Shown: positions 7,225 to 14,837 of the stretch, piece after piece
Layout of the letters: each line of letters starts with the position of its first letter
Position numbering within the stretch: position 1 is the first letter of the stretch
IMG/VR virus record: IMGVR_UViG_2882649382_000014
Reading direction: 5' to 3' (one strand)
Length of the DNA: 20,000 nucleotides
Source: an uncultured virus (IMG/VR IMGVR_UViG_2882649382_000014)
Lineage: Duplodnaviria > Heunggongvirae > Uroviricota > Caudoviricetes
The notes under the pieces: generated by a model
Databases searched by the model: none
What the model saw: the letters and a program-made list of their open reading frames with translations, nothing else
Told to the model about the DNA's origin: nothing
Translations under genes and position numbers: made by a program

Positions 7225-7229
7225 CCATG

Positions 7230-7274
7230 ATATCTCCGAAAGATGGCGGATTGCTTCTTTCGGAGATATTTTTT
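7230..7274 (+). terminator. Intrinsic terminator-like hairpin upstream of the resolvase
   Basis: ATATCTCCGAAAGA / TCTTTCGGAGATAT 14-bp stem followed by TTTTT. Confidence 0.7.
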
Positions 7275-7322
7275 CAGTGGAGAAAGAACAGCGGTAACGG
7301 AACATAGGAAAGAAGGTGGAAC

Positions 7323-7886
7323 ATGAAATACGGATATGCGAGAGTGAGCACCAAAGGACAGGCGAAAGACGGCAACAGCTTGGAGTATCAGGAACACGCC
7401 TTGAAAGATGCAGGGGCGGAAATCATATATATGGATGCATTTACCGGAACCAAATCACACAGGCCGGAACTGGATAAGCTGCTGAACGATATTCAGGACG
7501 GAGACATGCTGATCGTTACAAAATTAGACCGTATCGCCAGGAGCACCATGCAGGGGATTGAACTGATCGAGGCTCTGGTGGATAAAGGTGTGATTATCCA
7601 TGTACTGAATATCGGCATGATGGATCATTCACCGACAGGAAAGCTGATCCGGAATATCTTCCTCGCTTTTGCTGAGTTTGAGAGGGATATGATCGTGGAA
7701 CGTACGCAGGAGGGTAAGAGTATAGCGAAGCAGAATCCTGATTTTCGGGAGGGAAGGCCGAAAAAATATTCCAAAGCGCAGATAAGCCATGCTTTGGAAT
7801 TGTTGGATACATATTCTTATAAGAAGGATAAAGCGCGTGAATACAAGCGCTGTACTGCTGTTTATTGTCTTTGGCCATCCCGATGA
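7323..7886 (+). CDS. Serine recombinase (resolvase/invertase family), C-terminal HTH truncated by IS remnant
   Basis: [38 protein letters not shown]; sequence diverges into transposase antisense after ...LLDTYSYK (~7822), removing the recognition helix. Confidence 0.88.
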   Translation: MKYGYARVSTKGQAKDGNSLEYQEHALKDAGAEIIYMDAFTGTKSHRPELDKLLNDIQDGDMLIVTKLDRIARSTMQGIELIEALVDKGVIIHVLNIGMMDHSPTGKLIRNIFLAFAEFERDMIVERTQEGKSIAKQNPDFREGRPKKYSKAQISHALELLDTYSYKKDKAREYKRCTAVYCLWPSR

Positions 7887-8474
7887 CGTCAAGGCCTCCT
7901 CTGGGGACAGCATGGATGAAAGGTTCGCTGGTGAACCACGTATCCATCAGTACACAGGATGCTTCAATGCCCGCTTCAAGCGCACTGTGGATCAGGGCAG
8001 CTGCAGCCTCCGGCTTCTTCATTATGGCATCTTCCCGCGCTTTTGCGCCATTGGTCCGCCTGTCAATAGATTCGTTTGCATGGTTTAGCAACAGCACAAA
8101 CCGTCTCCAGCTGTAATGGCAGTTGGACAGGAAATGGTAATATGTACTTTTCGCACACGCGGTGTCCTGCTTTTTGAACCAGGAAACCGGAACAGGTTTG
8201 TACCTTGGAACACCAGCATGAGGAGGAACTGGAAGATTTCAAACGCGGTACGCTTCTTCCCGCCATCCCCATTCCTGGAACGGCTGGCTTTACATATGTT
8301 GGACTGTTTTGTAGTATCATAAAGTTAGCATCTCCTCTCGTTTTTTTGAGTTTATGGGTTAACTTTATGATACCAGAGGCAGATGCTTTTTTCTATATCA
8401 ACAGGGCATTTTTTGTCTTAAATATATTAAGATTTATAAGGATTTCAGGTTGAAATCCTTATGGGAAAGTTGAG
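7823..8474 (-). mobile_element. Degenerate IS remnant (IS4/IS701-like DDE transposase pseudogene, frameshifted and internally deleted)
   Basis: Minus strand end CTCAACTTTCCC at 8474; RBS GAGGAG plus ATG 8320; fragments FEIFQFLLMLVFQG.NLFRFL, YSWRRFVLLL and IDRRTNGAKAREDA...VLMDTWF...LDVIGMAK in shifting frames. Confidence 0.75.
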
Positions 8475-8643
8475 TTATTAAGACTAAATAATTGCAGACT
8501 AAAAAGGTCGGAAATAAAGCATTTAAGGGGATTTACTCCAGAGTCAATATCAAAGTACCTAAATCAATACTTAAATCATATAAAAGGATATTAAGAGCAA
8601 AGGGTGCTATATGCAAGAAAATAAAATCTTACTCAGGTCTTTC

Positions 8644-8672
8644 TTGAATGAGCGTATAAGATATGTTAAAAT
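8644..8672 (+). promoter_or_regulatory. Sigma-A promoter upstream of structured leader and PfkB gene
   Basis: TTGAAT (8644-8649), 17 bp, TAAAAT (8667-8672) with extended -10 TG. Confidence 0.7.
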
Positions 8673-8679
8673 TTTCATA

Positions 8680-8796
8680 CGAAAAAGCCCTTCGACGGGG
8701 CGGCCGCCTCCCAAGCTGTCACTGTAAACTTAGCTGGTGTAATCTATGATTAGCCGGACTTACACCAGATGGGAGATGGCGCTGATGACAGATTAA
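8680..8796 (+). other. GC-rich structured leader RNA sequestering an SD-like sequence and an ATG of a 3-codon ORF
   Basis: GCCC/GGGC hairpin; CTCCCA (8708-8713)/TGGGAG (8770-8775); CTGTCA (8716-8721)/TGACAG (8786-8791); CTGGTGTAA (8734-8742)/TTACACCAG (8760-8768); ATG ACA GAT TAA at 8785-8796. Confidence 0.6.
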
Positions 8797-8852
8797 AGAA
8801 ATATATAATAACAATTTGTATTTAAAAACAGCTTTTGAAATAAAGCAGAAAG

Positions 8853-9785
8853 ATGAGGCAGAAAATGAGAGTAATAGTATCGGGATTAATTAATATTGAA
8901 ACAACACTAAAAGTTAGAAAGTTTCCAATTGATTATTATCCAATTGATTACCCTTTTTTTGGTATAAAATCAGGTGTTTCAGGTGTGGCTTATAATGTTG
9001 GAAAAGCTCTTTTGACATTGGGAAATGATATACAAATAACATCTTTTATTGGTGAAGATGAAGAAGGAGAGCGAATTTTATTAAATTTACAAGATGAAAG
9101 AATAGGAAATCAGTTTATTTATCGTGAATTAAAAGAAACGCCCGTTACAATAGCATTGTATGATGAGGAAGGAAAAAGACAAATATATTGTGATTTGAAG
9201 GACATTCAGGAAAAAAATATGGATTTTGATAGATTAGAAGCAACAATAAGAAATAGTGATTTGGTTGTTTTATGCAATACTAATTTCAACCGCTCATTAT
9301 TAAAAAAAGTAAGGGAGGCTGGGAGATTGATTGCTAGTGATGTTCATGTGTTAAGTGACATTGATGATGAATATAATAAGGAATTTATGGAATATGCAGA
9401 TATTTTATTTTTGAGTGATGAGCAATTGCCGAGTAGTGCAGAACGATTTCTTTTTGAAATGAAAGAAAAATATTTATCGAAAATTATAGTAATCGGACTT
9501 GGCCAGAAGGGAGCACTGTTATATGAACGTTCTAAAGATAAAATATACAGATTGGAGGCTGCTCATGTAGGTGATGTTGTGAATACTCTTGGTGCAGGAG
9601 ATGCATTATTTTCATGTTTTATTAATTATTACATGAAAGGATACTCAGCAGTAGAAGCCTTAACTCGTGCAGAGATATTTGCAGCGTTAAAAATTCGTTA
9701 TAATGGTGCAGCAAATGGATTTAGCAGCGAAGATATTGTGGAAAGGTATTATAGAAATGGTGGTGTAGCTGTACTAGTACAATAA
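8853..9785 (+). CDS. PfkB/ribokinase-family carbohydrate kinase
   Basis: SGVAYNVGKAL..LG N-terminal signature and VNTLGAGDALFSCF C-terminal signature; visibly AT-richer than flanking genes. Confidence 0.92.
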   Translation: MRQKMRVIVSGLINIETTLKVRKFPIDYYPIDYPFFGIKSGVSGVAYNVGKALLTLGNDIQITSFIGEDEEGERILLNLQDERIGNQFIYRELKETPVTIALYDEEGKRQIYCDLKDIQEKNMDFDRLEATIRNSDLVVLCNTNFNRSLLKKVREAGRLIASDVHVLSDIDDEYNKEFMEYADILFLSDEQLPSSAERFLFEMKEKYLSKIIVIGLGQKGALLYERSKDKIYRLEAAHVGDVVNTLGAGDALFSCFINYYMKGYSAVEALTRAEIFAALKIRYNGAANGFSSEDIVERYYRNGGVAVLVQ

Positions 9786-9857
9786 GGAAGGATAAGTTTC
9801 GGAGTTGTGTTCTATAATATAGCATCATGTATGGAAAATATGAATATAGCAGAAGAT

Positions 9858-10524
9858 ATTTATTCTGCGTAAAATTCATTCGGCATTTAACCGCCTTAGC
9901 AATATTTCCATGTAAATCTATATATCTTTATGCCAAATTGGTGTAGTAATGGTATAGTAACTTTAAAAAAGTTTGATGCAAATTCCCTATAGAAACAAAA
10001 TATTTTGGACACATGCATAGGTTCATGACAGGTAAAAGGATAAGGATTATCCTTAACTTGTTGTGGGCTTATTTTATTACTAAGGCGGTTAAATGTCGAT
10101 GTTTTTACTTGCCTAAATTTTTATCTGCTGCGTTGGTCTACGCTCCGCTACGGTCCGTGCTTAACAGATGTCCACCGGACATCTAGCACCATCAATCGCT
10201 GTAGCACTCGCTACAGCTCAATCTTTCGCCTTGCAGATAGAAATTTATTCTGCGTAAAATCCATTCGATATTTAACCGCCTTAGTAATATTAGGTGCTGC
10301 TGATTGGCTGGTTTTTATATAAAAGCAGTTTTTTGTGAATTGCTTTTATGCTTTTGTGAAAGAATTAATTGTAAGAAGCGGTTAAAAAATAATGCTGCCT
10401 TTTATGCAGTTATTTTTTTAACAATTCCTGAAGATGCAGTATAATGTTACTAAAGTGGTTAAATAGCAGTGTTTTTACCTGAGTATTCTGCGTAAATTTA
10501 CTGATATTTGACCGGCTTAGAATA
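9858..10524. repeat. Cluster of ~50-bp arms (core CTAAGGCGGTTAAAT) in alternating orientation, MITE/REPIN-like
   Basis: Arms at 9858-9906 (+), 10075-10128 (-), 10233-10291 (+), 10447-10483 (-), 10484-10524 (+); 9858-9906 and 10243-10291 match at 45 of 49 positions. Confidence 0.8.
10135..10190 (-). repeat. ~55-bp palindromic repeat, copy 3 (intergenic, nested in larger IR element)
   Basis: Reverse complement GGTGCT-AGATGTCC-GGT-GGACATCT-GTTA-AGCAC-GGACCGTAGCGGAGCGTAGACC. Confidence 0.85.
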
Positions 10525-10562
10525 GTTTTGTGGTAAATTCAGCAATCTGAGAGGAGAAAGTT

Positions 10563-11426
10563 ATGAAACGGATTATTAAAGAGAAAATGTTAGGGAATTT
10601 TGAAAGTTACCTGAAAAAAGCGGAAAAGAGCAAGGCTACCATCAGCAAGTATCTGTGTGATTTGCGGAAGCTGATAGAATATGCAGGCGGAAGGGAGATT
10701 AGCAAGGAACTGATGATTAATTATAAAGATAAGCTTTTAAACAAAGATGAGTACAAGGTTAGAAGTGTTAATTCTTTTTTGGCGGCTGCAAACTGTTTTC
10801 TGGAATATATGGGCTGGCATGATTTGAAGGTTAAGGCTTATAAGATACAGCAGGAAACGTTCTGCCCGGAAAATAAATGCCTTTCAAAAGAAGAATATTA
10901 CCGGCTTGTAGAGGCGGCAAAGAAAATGGGTAAGATACGGCTTGCAATGATTTTACAGACAATCTGCGCTACAGGCATCCGTGTCAGCGAGCTGGCGGCC
11001 GTTACTGTTTCTTCTGTGCGGAGTAATTCGGTGGTTATCCATAATAAAGGGAAAATAAGGGCAATCCTTTTGCCGGATGAACTAAGAAAGGAACTGCTTT
11101 ACTATATAGGGAGGAACGGAATACAAAAAGGGGCAGTGTTTTGTACCGCTTCAGGGAAGGCAGTGGACCGAAGCAATATCTGGAGGGAGATGAAAGCCCT
11201 CTGCAAAGTGGCAGATATTAATGAAGAGAAGGTATTTCCGCATAACCTGCGCCATTTGTTTGCCACTGTGTTTTATGCAATTAAAAAAGATATTGCAAAA
11301 TTGGCGGATATTCTCGGGCATAGCAGTATTGAAACAACAAGGATTTATATTAAAATGACCGGCAGGGAACACAAAAAGCAGCTTAACCGGATGAAACTTG
11401 TGCCGGTATGCTGTGCTACAGCGTAA
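10563..11426 (+). CDS. Tyrosine recombinase (XerC/D-like), probable DNA invertase
   Basis: RBS GAGGAG; full catalytic set TGIRVSE (R), NKGK (K), HNLRH, LGH, TTRIY (Y); N-terminal core-binding domain. Confidence 0.93.
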   Translation: MKRIIKEKMLGNFESYLKKAEKSKATISKYLCDLRKLIEYAGGREISKELMINYKDKLLNKDEYKVRSVNSFLAAANCFLEYMGWHDLKVKAYKIQQETFCPENKCLSKEEYYRLVEAAKKMGKIRLAMILQTICATGIRVSELAAVTVSSVRSNSVVIHNKGKIRAILLPDELRKELLYYIGRNGIQKGAVFCTASGKAVDRSNIWREMKALCKVADINEEKVFPHNLRHLFATVFYAIKKDIAKLADILGHSSIETTRIYIKMTGREHKKQLNRMKLVPVCCATA

Positions 11427-11527
11427 ATCTGACATGGCGGTGCAAAGATAAAGTATAGTATTTATGTTCGCGTGCACAACGGGCCAAACGCAGGCTTGCT
11501 TGCAGCGGAGGCTATAATTGTGGAAAG

Positions 11528-11560
11528 AAAAAAACTGTACGCTGCCTGCATACAGTTTTT
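11528..11560 (-). terminator. Bidirectional terminator, best on minus strand
   Basis: Minus strand ACTGTATGC-AGGCA-GCGTACAGT then TTTTTTCTTT; on plus strand the stem has a C-A mismatch and a 5-T tail. Confidence 0.8.
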
Positions 11561-11753
11561 ACAACATAATGATTATTATGTTATCCAAATACATATGCTA
11601 TTGTAACATGAAAGTCTTTGCATTTCAAGTTTTTTTCTGTTATTTCTATTATTTCCTCTTTTTACAGTTGGTGTTCATGAAATAACTAAATTCCGGGAAT
11701 TTTGGCATGGAATTTTGTTTAAATGCCAACATCATAATAATCATTATGTTGTA
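11560..11753. promoter_or_regulatory. Invertible segment bounded by perfect 21-bp inverted repeats, containing a minus-strand sigma-A promoter
   Basis: TACAACATAATGATTATTATG (11560-11580) and its exact reverse complement (11733-11753); minus strand TTGAAA (11628-11623), 17 bp, TACAAT (11605-11600) with extended -10 TG. Confidence 0.88.
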
Positions 11754-11783
11754 GGGCAATATTTTGAAGCAGGGAGGGGAATT

Positions 11784-12512
11784 ATGCCATCTATTTTATC
11801 AATTCCGAGAAATACAATGAGGAAGCGGGATGGGAATGCTTTGCTAAGGATTGAAAGGGCAACAGGGGAGAGCAGTACTTTTGTGTGCCAATTTAACCCG
11901 GATCAGTATCATATTAATGTAAAAGGTAAACTAAATAAAATAGAACGGCAGGGAGAAGATTCCCCAATTGTTCAGTTTATGGGGGGAAGCAGCTCTGTTT
12001 TGGATTTGAAATTATTTTTTGATACGAGTACGTCCTATGAAATTAAGACGGGAATGGGTTTTAGAAAGCCCAAGAAGGAAAAAGCACAGGATGTGTCTGT
12101 CTATACTGAGACACTGATGTCTTTGGTACGCATTGAGGGAAAGGCGTGCCGGCCGCCTTTAGTGACATTTTCATGGGGATCTCTTCTGTTTAGCGGGCTT
12201 GTGGAGAATGTAGATGTAAATTACACTATGTTTGAAAAAGGAGGGATACCGGTTCGTGCAGAAGTATCCTTGAATATTGTTTCTGCAAAATTAAAACCGC
12301 TGGATACGGTAAAATTAAAAGCAAAAGAGCCTTCGGCCGGTACGAAGTGTGTTACCATGACTTCGGACAGCAGTCTATGGGATATAGCGGAAAAAGAGTA
12401 TGGTGATGCGTCTCATTGGAAGGATATAGCTGAGGAAAATAATATACTGAATCCGTTAGAGGTTTCGGCCGGGACACAGTTAAAAGTCCCGGCATTGCCG
12501 GAAGTGAGGTAG
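11784..12512 (+). CDS. Contractile injection system tube-initiator-like protein with C-terminal LysM (Afp7/Pvc7-like)
   Basis: RBS GGGAGGGG favours ATG 11784; CQFNP..Y, QFMGG....L.L.LFFDT, RPPLVTFSWG, YTMF...G.PVRAEV; LysM DSSLWDIAEKEYGDASHWKDIAEENNILNP...GTQLKVP. Confidence 0.85.
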   Translation: MPSILSIPRNTMRKRDGNALLRIERATGESSTFVCQFNPDQYHINVKGKLNKIERQGEDSPIVQFMGGSSSVLDLKLFFDTSTSYEIKTGMGFRKPKKEKAQDVSVYTETLMSLVRIEGKACRPPLVTFSWGSLLFSGLVENVDVNYTMFEKGGIPVRAEVSLNIVSAKLKPLDTVKLKAKEPSAGTKCVTMTSDSSLWDIAEKEYGDASHWKDIAEENNILNPLEVSAGTQLKVPALPEVR

Positions 12513-12515
12513 GAT

Positions 12516-13598
12516 ATGCCGGATTTGATGACAGGGACATATACTTTTGAAGCATTAGCATCAAAATATGGAAATTTTTGTGTCCCGCTGATTAGAATTA
12601 GGATGAATGGCACAGAGCTGGTTTCGGCTTTGAAATTGTCTGTTGTGGATATCAAAGTAACTTTATCGCTTCATGCTGCAGGTATGGTGTTATTTAAGCT
12701 TGGAGGATTGTATGATGCAAAAAGCCACTCTTTTGATAAAAAGATAAAGAGTTACTTTGCACTGGGAAGTATTATGGAAGTGGAACTTGGTTATTTGTCC
12801 CATACATGCAAAATTTTTAAAGGGTTTGTAGCAATGCTTGGGGCAGAATTTAGCCGGGCGCCGTTTTTGGTAGTTACCCTGATGGATGCCAGAAGGCTGA
12901 TGATGTTAAGCGGAAGCCAATATATGCTCCATGAGGTGGTGAATTACTCTGATGCATTTAAAACAATTATTGCAAAATATTCTAAGCTTTGTTCGCCGGA
13001 AATTGATGCTACGGATGACAGCCTGGAAAGACCCTTGTCACAGACGCAGAATGATTATCTTTTTGTGACGAAGGAGCTGGTTAAGAATGGAAAAGTTGAC
13101 AGGGAATTTTTTGTGCTGGGGAGTAAGGTGTATTTCCGAAAGCCCAGGAGGGTGAAGCAGCCTATTATGACATTGCAGTATGGGCGTGAACTTTTGGCGC
13201 TGAAGATAGATGAAGAATACCAGGATTTAAAAGTAGAGGTAATAGGTTATGATGGCCAGGCGCAAAATGTTGTAGCCGGAAGCGCAGCAGTTAAGAAAAA
13301 TAAGAACCAAAAGAAGCTTTTTTCTTCTGCACAGGTATTTACTGTGGCAGATCCTGCGGTTAATACGCAGAAAAAGGCAAATGAAAAGGCAAGTGTTATT
13401 GCAAAAGAGAAGGAATGGAAAGCGCGCAGCGGACGGGGAGTTACCATGGGGCTTCCGGAACTGGTGCCGGGGCGTTTTGTTAAGGTAGAAGCCCTGGAAA
13501 AGGACTATGGCGACCATGAATATTATATTGAGAGCGTTGTCCATACAATTGATAATGAGAGTTTTCGGACAACCTTTGAGATTGGAGGCTGGGAGTAA
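12516..13598 (+). CDS. Phage late-control D / gp27-like baseplate hub
   Basis: EVELGY...IFKGFV, SQTQNDYLFV, VYFRKP, VEVIGYD, G.PELVPG..V.V.......YYIESVVHTI...FRTTFE. Confidence 0.85.
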   Translation: MPDLMTGTYTFEALASKYGNFCVPLIRIRMNGTELVSALKLSVVDIKVTLSLHAAGMVLFKLGGLYDAKSHSFDKKIKSYFALGSIMEVELGYLSHTCKIFKGFVAMLGAEFSRAPFLVVTLMDARRLMMLSGSQYMLHEVVNYSDAFKTIIAKYSKLCSPEIDATDDSLERPLSQTQNDYLFVTKELVKNGKVDREFFVLGSKVYFRKPRRVKQPIMTLQYGRELLALKIDEEYQDLKVEVIGYDGQAQNVVAGSAAVKKNKNQKKLFSSAQVFTVADPAVNTQKKANEKASVIAKEKEWKARSGRGVTMGLPELVPGRFVKVEALEKDYGDHEYYIESVVHTIDNESFRTTFEIGGWE

Positions 13599-14365
13599 TG
13601 GGAATGATTGGCGACTGGATTATCAGTGGTGCCGATGAAAGGATTTGCAGCGTCACGACCGGGCTTGTGAAAAATAATTGGGATGATGGGCATCCGGGGA
13701 TGGTGAAAGTAGAGTATTTTCTTGGGACGCAGGGAAAAAATGTGACCGGATGGCTTCCTGTAGCAGTTCCTTATGCATATGATAACTGTGGAATGTATAT
13801 GCTGCCGGAAATAGGTTCAGAGGTAGTTGTTGCTTTTAATATGGGGGACAGGAACTGCCCGATTGCCATTGGATGCCTCTGGAACCGGAAAAATAAGCTG
13901 ATGGGGGATACTGCGGCAGAGGGCAATAAAATTAAGCGCTTTAAGACAAAGGGAGGCTGTGAGGTAGTATTTGAAGAGGAAAAAGGAAAAGAAGTCATTG
14001 AGGTTCATACGCCGGCTGATTTGAAACTTCGGATGGAGGATGAGAACCAGACAGTAGCGATACAGGATAAAGAAAAGAAAAATGGTGTATTGATTGACGC
14101 AAAGGAAGGAAGCATAAAACTTTTTGCAGATAAGAAAATAACTTTTGAGGCGGGCGGGAAAGCAATGGTGGTATTGGATGGGAGTAAAAAATCTTTGGAA
14201 GTTAAGGCAGATGAGGTGAAAGGAGAAGCAGCCAGATCCTATACATTAAAGGGGCAGAATGTGCAATTAGAGGGAACACAGATGGACATTAAGGGGAAGA
14301 GCCAGTTATCTGTGCAGTCCGGTGGAATGGCACAAATTAAGGGTGCTTCAGTTAAGATTAATTAA
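13598..14365 (+). CDS. Baseplate assembly protein V / gp5-like spike (OB-fold plus beta-repeat)
   Basis: GLVKNNWDD...GMVKV...WLPVA.PYA...GMYMLPEIGSEVVVAF..GD...PIAIGCLWN; beta-rich C-terminus ending IKGASVKIN. Confidence 0.9.
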   Translation: MGMIGDWIISGADERICSVTTGLVKNNWDDGHPGMVKVEYFLGTQGKNVTGWLPVAVPYAYDNCGMYMLPEIGSEVVVAFNMGDRNCPIAIGCLWNRKNKLMGDTAAEGNKIKRFKTKGGCEVVFEEEKGKEVIEVHTPADLKLRMEDENQTVAIQDKEKKNGVLIDAKEGSIKLFADKKITFEAGGKAMVVLDGSKKSLEVKADEVKGEAARSYTLKGQNVQLEGTQMDIKGKSQLSVQSGGMAQIKGASVKIN

Positions 14366-14420
14366 GTATTGGGCTGGCATCCTGTTGCTGGGACAGTTTC
14401 TAAGGGAATGGGGGATATTT

Positions 14421-14834
14421 ATGGAACAGAGTGATCCGAAGGCGTTCCTGGGGGTGGGGGTTAAGTTTCCGATCCAGGCAGATAAAAATACAGGACGGAT
14501 TAAGGAGTCTTCTTATGAAGAAGATATTCAGGAGGCAATTCGCATTATTCTTTCTACCAGAAAAGGTGAGAGAATCCGTAATCCACACTTTGGATGTGGA
14601 ATCTATGATTATGCCTTTGAGGCGTTGGATGATACGACAATGAGCGCGGTGAAGCACGAGGTAGAAATGGCGTTGGTTTTGTGGGAGCCCCGGATTGAGA
14701 ATATAGAGGTGGCGGTTGATGCCAGGCAGGAGGAAGGCGTTCTTTTGATTGAAATAGGATATGTAGTTAGAAGTACGAATAATCCATTTAATTTGGTATT
14801 CCCATACTATATTAATGAAGGCTTTGGAGGATGA
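14421..14834 (+). CDS. GPW/gp25-family baseplate protein (Afp9-like)
   Basis: FLG.G.KFP, EEDIQEAIRIILSTRKGERI..P.FGCGI, WEPRI, NLVFPYY; start reassigned to ATG 14421. Confidence 0.92.
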   Translation: MEQSDPKAFLGVGVKFPIQADKNTGRIKESSYEEDIQEAIRIILSTRKGERIRNPHFGCGIYDYAFEALDDTTMSAVKHEVEMALVLWEPRIENIEVAVDARQEEGVLLIEIGYVVRSTNNPFNLVFPYYINEGFGG

Positions 14835-14837
14835 TAG

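Noticed and set aside
8680..8801. Hammerhead ribozyme (CTGATGA at 8782-8788, GAAA nearby)
   Set aside because: No convincing stem II and the expected cleavage triplet would be GGC rather than NUH; the ATG-sequestering leader explanation is simpler.
9858..10524. CRISPR array
   Set aside because: Repeats alternate in orientation with irregular spacing, and no cas genes are present.
9858..11426. Integron (attC-like ATTTAAC/GTTAAAT boxes next to a tyrosine recombinase)
   Set aside because: No ORF cassettes between the repeats, the recombinase lacks the IntI-specific insertion, and better cognate sites lie downstream.
11559..11586. Chromosomal dif site
   Set aside because: It resembles dif (CATAA-6bp-TTATGTTA), but a second inverted copy 170 bp away and an adjacent dedicated recombinase fit an inversion switch better.
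11702..11729. Sigma-54 promoter (TGGCATGGAATTTTGT)
   Set aside because: The -12 GC is missing and spacing is off; the sequence is just a short TTGGCAT/ATGCCAA dyad.
11715..11783. N-terminal extension of the first CIS gene from TTG 11715
   Set aside because: It runs through the right inverted repeat and lacks an RBS; ATG 11784 has a strong RBS.
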